NCBI GenBank assembly: GCA_964016885.1
Contig: OZ024743.1
Coordinates: forward strand, 252,154,001 to 252,218,000
Direction of reading: 5' to 3'
Length of the DNA: 64,000 bases
Source: Eledone cirrhosa
Taxonomy: Eukaryota
Shown here one piece after another: positions 55,424 through 64,000 of the stretch. A model generated the notes under the pieces. The model saw only the letters and a list, made by a program, of their open reading frames with translations. It had not been told where the DNA came from and did no database searches. Both the position numbers and the translations under genes were made by a program. The first letter of the stretch is position 1; each line of letters opens with the position of its first letter.

Positions 55424-56403
55424 CATGCTACCTCGAAAGTCAAAAATCCCGCTCATACACCCTTCTCCCACCATTTTCTTCACGAGGGGTTGCGGTCAGC
55501 CACTCTCTCTCTCTCTCTCCCCCTTCCCACTCTCTCTCTCTCTCTCTTAGCTACACACACACACACACATATATATATAAGATAAATTCCCGTTCATGTT
55601 TATTCACTTTCGCCAAACAATTGCTGCTTCAACTACCCCTACTACGGTGTAACCATGTAATCGTAACGTTCACGTTTTTCCTATCTCCTCCACACACCAC
55701 AATTTCGTACAAACATCCAATCCCGCAAAATCCGAAATCTGTATTTTTTGTTATTTATTAAGGTTTAAATACGGTGTTTTTGTCGTATTGAACAGAACAA
55801 ATCTTGCAGTTTTGCTTTTTGTTACTCGCTGGTAAACATTCATAACCTTCCAGCTAGCTAATTCTATCGTATTCTCCAATTCCTTAATTCCATCGTATTC
55901 CCAAACAAAAAAACAACAAAATCCTTTCCATTCTACTTATAATTTACTTTAAATATATATATCATGCTACCTCGAAAGTCAAAAATCCCGCTCATACACC
56001 CTTCTCCCACCATTTTCTTCACGAGGGGTTGCGGTCAGCCACTCTCTCTCTCTCTCTCTCTCCCCCTTCCCACTCTCTCTCTCTCTCTCTTAGCTACACA
56101 CACACACACACATATATATATAAGATAAATTCCCGTTCATGTTTATTCACTTTCGCCAAACAATTGCTGCTTCAACTACCCCTACTACGGTGTAACCATG
56201 TAATCGTAACGTTCACGTTTTTCCTATCTCCTCCACACACCACAATTTCGTACAAACATCCAATCCCGCAAAATCCGAAATCTGTATTTTTTGTTATTTA
56301 TTAAGGTTTAAATACGGTGTTTTTGTCGTATTGAACAGAACAAATCTTGCAGTTTTGCTTTTTGTTACTCGCTGGTAAACATTCATAACCTTCCAGCTAG
56401 CTA
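55424..56403 (+). repeat. Near-perfect ~440-bp direct duplication upstream of the RTE ORF
   Basis: 55424-55860 equals 55963-56403 except for CT-tract length. Confidence 0.95.
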
Positions 56404-59400
56404 CCCCACATCCATCCCTCCCGCCCGCCCCCACACACCACCATTCTTAATACGTGGACCAATCATAAGCCAGAGACCCCCCCCCCACACGCATCACCAT
56501 TATTATTATTACGCGGACCAATCATAAGCCAGAGGCCTATACTATCGCTTGCACGGTTGCCTTCGATATATGATGGATGGATGGATGGACGGACTGCGGA
56601 ATCCTGGAGAGTGGAGGGGAGAGAAAAATCTGGACGCTCAGAGCGAAAATGCCAATGCTAAAGTCAAATTCACCTCGTGGACGAGAATGCGAGCACTCTT
56701 CTTTGTTTCGCCCGCGGATGGCTAACATAACCCCATCTCCCCCCGCCCCACACCACCCCCACCCTCCAAACGCGATCCAAAACTTCAGAGTTGGTACCAT
56801 AAATGTAGGCACCCTAAAGGGGCGCGCTAACGAGGTTGTAGAAATGCTTGAACGTAAGGAGGTCGATGTTTGTTGTATTCAAGAGACCAGGTGGAGGGGT
56901 GGATCTGCTAGATTCATTGAGGGTAAAAAACGATGTTATAAGCTTTTCTGGGTGGGAAACGACGATGGGCTGGGTGGAGTAGGAATCATGGTAGCAGAAA
57001 AGTGGGCGGATAAGATAATAGACGTAAATAGAGTGAACGACAGAATAATTAAAATACGACTTGTCCTCAATAGAACTACGGTGACAGTAATATCTGCGTA
57101 TGCACCCCAATCCGGACTGCCCGGCACTATAAAAGACAGATTCTATGAGACACTGATGCTCACTACCTCCCAAATATCTGACAGTGACTATATAATTATT
57201 GCAGGCGACCTAAATGGTCACGTTGGGCAACATTGTGACGGCTACGACGAAATCCATGGAGGCTATGGGTTTGGTACTAGAAATGAGGAAGGCTCCAGAA
57301 TCCTGGAATTCTGTGATGCAAATAACCTAACTATCTGTAACACTAACTTCAAAAAACGTGACAATCACCTGATCACCTATAGATCCGGGGAACACACAAG
57401 CCAGGTAGATTATATCCTTACCAGAAGACGTGACAGAGTGTCTGTTGTAAACACTAAATCCCTCCCCCATGAAGAATGCACCTCCCAACATAGACTGATA
57501 ATTAGCGACCTCATAGTCAGGTCGAGACGTACTCGACAGCAGAAGAGGACTATCCTCAGGAGAAAAATATGGAAGCTAAAGGACCCCACAGCCAAAAATA
57601 AATTTCAAAACATATTACTTGATGCTTTCGACAGTAAGGAAGAACACTTAGAGTCGGACAATATAGAGGGACAGTGGGAATTTCTGAAAGCAAACCTGCT
57701 GTTGGCCACAGACGAAGTCTGTGGCTGGAGCAGGCCTGTAGGCAGGAGGAGAGTAACATGGTGGTGGAACAGTAAGGTGGAGGAGTCAATTAAGGCCAAA
57801 AAGCAGGCTTGGAAAGTATGGCGGGATGGGGGAAGTAGAGTAAACTATCAAGTGGCCAGGAGGGAAGCTAGGAGAGAAGTGTACTTAGCAAGAAGGGAAG
57901 CTGAGGAAAGAAAGTTCAAGCATGTCCTACAACGCGATGACCAAAAACGTGAGGTGTTCAGGATTGCTAGGCAATGCGTCAAGGAAAATCGTGATATTGT
58001 CGGGGAGAAGTGTGTACTTAACGATGATGGCATACTTGCCATCACCGACACTGATAAGAAGGCAGCTTGGAAGTGTCACTATGAAAGGCTACTAAATGAG
58101 GAGAATAAATGGGAGAAAGACAGTCTCCCCCATGTCGACCCAATAGAGGGACCAGCAGTGTTAGTCGAGGGGAGTATAATAAGTAAGGCAATCAAGGATA
58201 TGAAGACAGGTAAGGCGGCTGGGCCTTCGGAAATAGTTGCTGAGATGCTGAAGGCATCTGGCACGGTGGGACACACCATGGTCACCCGCATAGTTAACCA
58301 AGTCGTACAGAATGGGGTTGTTCCGAAGGACTGGCATAGCAGCATCATCGTTAACTGTTATAAGGGTAAAGGAGACGCCCTAGATAGGAGTAACTATAGA
58401 GGCATTAAATTAATCGACCAGGTCATGAAGGTCACAGAAAAAGTAATAGCGCAACTAATCAGAGAGAGAATTGACCTAGATGAAATGCAGTTCGGGTTTG
58501 TGTCAGGCAAAAGTACCACAGACGCTCTTTTCATAGTACGACAACTACAGGAGAAGTACCTAGCTAAAGGTAAACCCCTCTACTTAGCTTTTGTCGACTT
58601 GGAGAAAGCCTTCGACAGAGTCCCCCGCTCCATTATCTGGTGGGCTCTTAGAAAACTAGGCGTTGACGAATGGCTTGTGAGGGCTATACAAGCCATGTAT
58701 AAAGAAACAGTCAGCAAGGTTAGAATTAACAACGAATATAGTGAAGAGTTTAGCGTAAAAGTTGGCGTCCATCAGGGCTCTGTTCTCAGCCCCCTACTAT
58801 TTATTATTGCCCTTCAGGCTATAACAGAGGAGTTCAAGACAGGCTGCCCATGGGAACTCCTATACGCAGACGACCTGACACTCATAGCGGAATCAATGGC
58901 CGAGCTAGAGAAGAAATTCCAAACATGGAAGCACGGCCTAGAGTCAAAAGGACTTAAAATTAACCTGGCTAAGACCAAAGTTCTAGTTTGTAGGAAAGAA
59001 AACAAGGCGGCGGTCCCTTCTGGGAAATGGTCGTGCTCGGTGTGTAGGAAAGGCGTAGGTAGAAACTCCATTTTGTGTCCTAAATGCAAAGTATGGGTGC
59101 ATAAAAGATGTAGTGGGATCACAGGTAAGCTAACTAAGAACATAGATTTTACATGTGGCCGGTGTTCTGGTGCAATAAGTAGCAGCAAGTGCCCACACAA
59201 TACTAGCTCTTTCAATTGCGCAGAGGGTTCTATAGAAATAGTGGACAGCTTCCGTTACCTGGGCGATAAAATCAGCAGTGGGGGAGGGTGCTCTGAAAGT
59301 ACTGTAGCTAGAGTCAGAACTGGTTGGAAAAAGTTCAGAGAGCTTATACCACTATTAGCTGCTAAAGGGTTCTCCCTAAAAATGAAAGGCAGGTTGTACG

Positions 59401-60190
59401 ATGCCTGCATACGAACAGCAATGTTGCATGGCAGTGAGACCTGGGCATTGTGTGCAGAGGATATACGCAGACTAGAGAGGAACGAAGCTTGCATGCTCCG
59501 CTGGATGTGTAACAGTAATATACGTGAACGGCAAAGCATAAACGAACTAAGGAAAAAATTAGAGATAAGAGGGATCAGATGTTGTTTACTCGAGAGAAGG
59601 CTACGTTGGTATGGACACGTGATGCGCATGAAAGTCGATAGCTGTATAACAAAGTGCAGGGCAATAAAGATAGACGGTAGCCACGGAATAGGCAGACCTA
59701 GAAAAACCTGGGACGAGCTGATAAACTCCGACCTCACACACTTACACCTCTCCAAGACAATGTCACTGGACCGAGACCTTTGGCGGTACTCAGTAACAGA
59801 GAAGACCCGCCTTGCCAGTAGGCATCTCTAACAAAATACACCCCGTCCCACCACCACCACCCCCACCCCATCCACACCACCCCGTCCTATGTAAAGTTAT
59901 GTTGGTGCCGCGCCATCCAGGCCGAAACAAATGAGATCGTGTAGGTGTCACGACAAAAAAACACACAGTCCACGCTGTAATGTGGCCGTGTAGGCAACAC
60001 GGTAAAAACCTCCCAGACCCACACTGTAAATGTGGTTGGTGTTAGGAAGGGCATCCAACTGTAGAAAACCTGCCAGACAGTCCTATGCGAGCAAGACAAT
60101 CACTCTTGCCTCAAGTGGGACTACCCCCGTCCAAACCCATGCAAGCGTGGAACACGGACGTTAAACGTTGATGATGATGATGATGATGAT
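55963..60190 (+). mobile_element. Full-length, potentially active RTE-clade LINE
   Basis: Putative 5' UTR, single intact ORF, 3' UTR shared with SINEs, (GAT)n tail, (TA)n flanks. 5' boundary inferred. Confidence 0.9.
56577..59831 (+). CDS. RTE ORF: APE endonuclease + reverse transcriptase with PHD-type zinc finger insert (start codon may be a downstream ATG)
   Basis: Uninterrupted 1084 aa: TINVGTL, IQETRW, SAYAP, GDLNGH, VDYIL, SQHR; NYRGIKL, DLEKAFD, QGSVLSP, LYADD, FRYLG. Confidence 0.95.
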   Translation: MDGWTDCGILESGGERKIWTLRAKMPMLKSNSPRGRECEHSSLFRPRMANITPSPPAPHHPHPPNAIQNFRVGTINVGTLKGRANEVVEMLERKEVDVCCIQETRWRGGSARFIEGKKRCYKLFWVGNDDGLGGVGIMVAEKWADKIIDVNRVNDRIIKIRLVLNRTTVTVISAYAPQSGLPGTIKDRFYETLMLTTSQISDSDYIIIAGDLNGHVGQHCDGYDEIHGGYGFGTRNEEGSRILEFCDANNLTICNTNFKKRDNHLITYRSGEHTSQVDYILTRRRDRVSVVNTKSLPHEECTSQHRLIISDLIVRSRRTRQQKRTILRRKIWKLKDPTAKNKFQNILLDAFDSKEEHLESDNIEGQWEFLKANLLLATDEVCGWSRPVGRRRVTWWWNSKVEESIKAKKQAWKVWRDGGSRVNYQVARREARREVYLARREAEERKFKHVLQRDDQKREVFRIARQCVKENRDIVGEKCVLNDDGILAITDTDKKAAWKCHYERLLNEENKWEKDSLPHVDPIEGPAVLVEGSIISKAIKDMKTGKAAGPSEIVAEMLKASGTVGHTMVTRIVNQVVQNGVVPKDWHSSIIVNCYKGKGDALDRSNYRGIKLIDQVMKVTEKVIAQLIRERIDLDEMQFGFVSGKSTTDALFIVRQLQEKYLAKGKPLYLAFVDLEKAFDRVPRSIIWWALRKLGVDEWLVRAIQAMYKETVSKVRINNEYSEEFSVKVGVHQGSVLSPLLFIIALQAITEEFKTGCPWELLYADDLTLIAESMAELEKKFQTWKHGLESKGLKINLAKTKVLVCRKENKAAVPSGKWSCSVCRKGVGRNSILCPKCKVWVHKRCSGITGKLTKNIDFTCGRCSGAISSSKCPHNTSSFNCAEGSIEIVDSFRYLGDKISSGGGCSESTVARVRTGWKKFRELIPLLAAKGFSLKMKGRLYDACIRTAMLHGSETWALCAEDIRRLERNEACMLRWMCNSNIRERQSINELRKKLEIRGIRCCLLERRLRWYGHVMRMKVDSCITKCRAIKIDGSHGIGRPRKTWDELINSDLTHLHLSKTMSLDRDLWRYSVTEKTRLASRHL

Positions 60191-60271
60191 ATATATATAT
60201 ATATATATATATTTATGTACATTTATATGGATATACATATATTATACACTCACACACAAACACACACACAC

Positions 60272-60302
<31 letters not shown>

Positions 60303-61233
60303 GCTATCTAGTTTCCATACTTAAGTACCAACGATTGATAACTTAAAGGAAAAGATACTGCAGCTTACAAAAAAACCAAAGTTCTGCAATGTTATGTGAA
60401 ACCGTTTTGAGTGACCACATAATATTTTCTTCTATTTAACAATAACATCTTCATATTTGTCAGCTTTATTTTTCACCTCCTCAAACTAATTTAAGCATTT
60501 TAGTTTCAGACAGCCTCAAGCTCTCCCTGGTTCTATGAGACAAAGCTATTGTTTGTAAGTGAGAGATATAGTTTGCTTGAAGCATTATGCAAAGCATAGA
60601 CAATAGTGTATTTTATTAGAATGCCACAGCAATGCAATTTGGACATTAAATGTGAAAAATATAATTGTTTCTACTTTTGGCACAAGGCCAGCAATTACCT
60701 AGTGCATTACTGGTACTTTATTTTATCGACCCCATAAGGATGAAAAGCAAAGTTAACTTTGGCGGGATTTGAACTCAGAATGGCAAGGGCCGAAACTCTA
60801 TGCGTCAAAGCATGGTGTCCGACCCTCTACCAATACTGCCAATCACCACTTTAAATGTGAAAAATATAATGATAATAAAGTTGTTAGAAAGTTATCTTGG
60901 AGGTCTTTGATCATCCTAAATAAAATCCCTGCATTAAAAGAAGAATTGAAGAAGCTGATTTGGAATATAATATTTTTCTACAAATATTCAATCATAATTT
61001 TATGGAAGAACCTTCAGCTTAATCATGCAAAAAATATGCATATTCCTAAATCCTTCCAAATTCTTGGTTTAATAATAAAGAGCATACCTTAAACGGGTTT
61101 AACGATATTGCAACTAAAAGGATTTAACTGGATCGGTTGTCAAAATTAGTTATTTTGCTACAATTGTACATATATAAGGTCATCCTCATCATCATTGTCT
61201 TACATCTGTTTTCCATGCTTGCATGATATAAAG

Positions 61234-61760
<527 letters not shown>

Positions 61761-61764
<4 letters not shown>

Positions 61765-61965
61765 CAAAGGAATTGTGGTAAGGAATCAGATGTACCATAA
61801 CGCACCAGCGTACTCAATACTTAGGGTAGTAGAGTGGGAAATAGGAAAAAGTATGACTCCGACGGCAGAGCTCAAGCCGTTTCGATGGCTATTTCTGGAC
61901 TTTGAGTCCAGAAATAGCCGTCAAAACGGCTTGAGCTCTGTCGTCGGGGTCATACTTTTTCCTAT
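61761..61965. mobile_element. PLE family-A fold-back remnant
   Basis: Matches 23845-23985, then folds back at 61900-61906 and ends ttcctat+(AT)n. Confidence 0.9.
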
Positions 61966-61980
61966 ATATATATATATAAT

Positions 61981-62165
61981 ATAACAAAGAGGGTGTGGTA
62001 AGATACCAGGTGGACCATAATGTACCAAAGTACTAGATACTAGGGGTAGTAAAGTGGGTAATATGAACAGATTCAGGATTCCAACGGCTGAGCTCCGGCC
62101 ATTTCGACAGCTAGATCCAGATCTAGCTGTCGAAACGGCCGTCAGGGATCTGAATCTTTTCATAT
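61981..62165. mobile_element. PLE family-A2 fold-back remnant
   Basis: A-type terminus, fold-back at gacagctagatc/gatctagctgtc. Confidence 0.8.
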
Positions 62166-62264
62166 GTATATATATATATATATATTTATATATAGTGCAA
62201 ATTTATACGGGAACAAAACAGAGAGGCAGACAAATAAAGGTTTATTAGGTTCATACTGTTGTGT

Positions 62265-62828
62265 GTTCAACACAGATTGTGTGATGAAACAGCTTTGACA
62301 ATATATAAACAACCATCTGGTTATTGAACCAAACAACGAGCTGGAAATTTATAATAAATTGAAGTGAAAACAAGGAGGTGCGTGTGTTTTTATTAGCAGC
62401 ATTACCCTCCCAAAGTATAACAATATACATATATATATATATATATTGTTATGCTTTGGGAGGGTCATGTTGCCAATAAGAAACACACGCACCAGTTGCT
62501 TTCACTTCAATTTATTATAAAGATGACAGAACAAAGGAGAGGCACAAAAACAAAGAAAAGAATCCCCAGTCACTGAAGAGGTCACAGAATGTGTGACGAA
62601 AGAACTTTGACAATATATGAACAATCGTCTGGTTGTGGAACCAACCAACCAACCGGAAATTTATAAATTCTTAAATTTATAAATTTAATCTTTATAATAA
62701 ATTGAAGTGAAAGCAAATGGTGCATGTGTTTCTTATTGGCAACATGACCCTCCCAAAGCATAACGATATCAGTTTCAACACACGTTTTCAGATAAAGAAT
62801 CTTACTTAATAAATTCAGAAACGAAATA
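62265..62828 (+). mobile_element. Two PLE family-B2 pLTR remnants; the second has 80-bp inverted arms and a tail
   Basis: 62443-62524 is inverted at 62688-62769, tail to 62828; first copy ends cccaaagtataacaatat. Confidence 0.8.
62569..62611 (+). ncRNA. Minimal type I hammerhead, canonical core
   Basis: GUCA-CUGAAGA-g-GUCACA-gaaug-UGUGAC-GAAA-GAAC-UU-UGAC. Confidence 0.88.
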
Positions 62829-62851
62829 TATATATATATATATATATCTAC

Positions 62852-63027
62852 ATATGAAAAGATTCAGGACCCCGATGGCCGTTTCAACAGCTAGATCTGG
62901 ATCTAGCTGTCGAAATGGCCGGAATTCAGCCATCGGAATCCTGAATCTTTTCGTATTACCCACTCTACAACCCCAAAGTATAACAAAGTATAACAATATT
63001 TCTTGCAAAACAAATTCAAAAACGAAG

Positions 63028-63030
<3 letters not shown>
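62852..63030. mobile_element. A2 fold-back ending in a B-type tail
   Basis: Arms 62852-62896 / 62900-62955, then cccaaagtataacaa..aattcaaaaacgaa. Confidence 0.7.
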
Positions 63031-63059
<29 letters not shown>

Positions 63060-63060
63060 T

Positions 63061-63217
63061 ATAACGAAGGAAATGTGGTAAGGAACCAGGTGGACCATAA
63101 CGCACCAAAGTACTCAATACTTAGGGTAGTAGAGTGAGTAATAGGAACAAGTAAGACCCCGACGGCAGAATTAGCCGTCGAAACGGCTTGAGCTCAGCCG
63201 TCGGGGTCTTACTTGTT

Positions 63218-63222
<5 letters not shown>
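63061..63222. mobile_element. PLE family-A fold-back remnant
   Basis: A terminus, junction at ~63170 inside the hammerhead, ends ttcctat+(AT)n. Confidence 0.88.
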
Positions 63223-63275
<53 letters not shown>

Positions 63276-63458
63276 AAACCTTTTAAATACATTACTCCAT
63301 TCCCTGCACCAACCATTGGAAACCACATCTACAATGGGGGAAGTACATAACATGGAGTGCTTTATTAATTCAGTGCATCATGATTTGCCTACCAGAACCA
63401 CCAGTTCTACACTTAGCCTATCAAAATAACTTAAATGGTATATTATATATATATATAT

Positions 63459-63637
63459 ATAACGAAGGAGGTGTGGTAAGTAACCAGATGGACCATAACA
63501 CACCAGAGTACTCAATACTTAGAGTAGTAGAGTGGGTAATAGGAAAATGTTTAACCCCAATGGCAGAGCTCAAGCCGTTTCAGAAATAGCTGTCGAAACG
63601 ACTTGAGCTCTGCCGTCGGGGTTAAACATTTTCCTAT
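63459..63637. mobile_element. PLE family-A fold-back remnant
   Basis: A terminus, junction at ~63581 inside the hammerhead, ends ttcctat+(AT)n. Confidence 0.88.
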
Positions 63638-63641
63638 ATAT

Positions 63642-63775
63642 ATCATCATCATCATTTTACATCCGCTTTTCCCTGCTTCCAAGGGTGGGACGGAAACTGA
63701 TTCTGGCTTGATTTCTACAGCTGGATGCCCTTCCTAACACCAACTTCATTTACAGTGAGTGGTGGGTGCGTATAT

Positions 63776-63821
<46 letters not shown>

Positions 63822-63883
63822 CCGTCCAAACCCATGCAAGCGTGGAAGATGGACGTTAAACGATGATGATGATGATGATGATA
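63642..63883. mobile_element. Two RTE/SINE 3' tail fragments in opposite orientations
   Basis: 63642-63768 (-) matches the SINE tail 18900-19020; 63822-63883 (+) matches the RTE terminus 60127-60190. Confidence 0.8.
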
Positions 63884-63933
63884 TATATATACAATATATT
63901 AACAAATGGAAACTATATTTATAAAACCATATT

Positions 63934-63999
63934 TATTTTATTATACATATTTCAAGGGCCACCAAGGCATATTATGGTGCGCTTTCATCAGATAAAATA
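63934..63999 (-). ncRNA. Type I hammerhead, canonical core (family G)
   Basis: UAUUUUAU-CUGAUGA-aagcgCACCA..UGGUGgcccuu-GAAA-UAUGUA-UA-AUAAAAUA; 8-bp stem I. Confidence 0.85.
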
Positions 64000-64000
64000 C

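Noticed and set aside
56660-56730. Possible HDV-like ribozyme in the RTE leader (cacctcgtgg ... ggctaa)
   Set aside because: Could not find P1 or P2 partner strands or a canonical L3; ggctaa overlaps a candidate start (ATGGCTAAC).
56814-59755. Antisense ORFs over RTE and L1 coding regions
   Set aside because: Shadow frames of the retroelement ORFs with no independent motifs.

Overview
AT-rich, microsatellite-saturated animal DNA with no recognisable host exon. The SINE/RTE repertoire and (TA)n/(CA)n load suggest an octopus-like cephalopod (inference). Almost everything is retroelement-derived: a decayed L1/Tx1 LINE bounded by (TCTA)n, an ORF1-only relative, one RTE with an intact 1084-aa APE-RT ORF (PHD finger inside the RT) plus many decayed RTEs, an RTE/RTEX copy with a twin-priming 5' inversion and 13-bp TSD, an RLE (CRE-like) fragment, tRNA-derived SINEs and MITEs. 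The most striking signal is a Penelope-like element (PLE) system. There is one near-complete decayed PLE (RT + GIY-YIG) and about 20 short non-coding PLE remnants from several families, nearly all sitting in (TA)n tracts, many as asymmetric fold-back palindromes. They carry about 18 type I hammerhead ribozyme motifs found by eye, including compensated U3-A8 cores, enlarged stem II domains and family-specific palindromic stem III sequences. All structures were read manually; no searches or folding computations were run.
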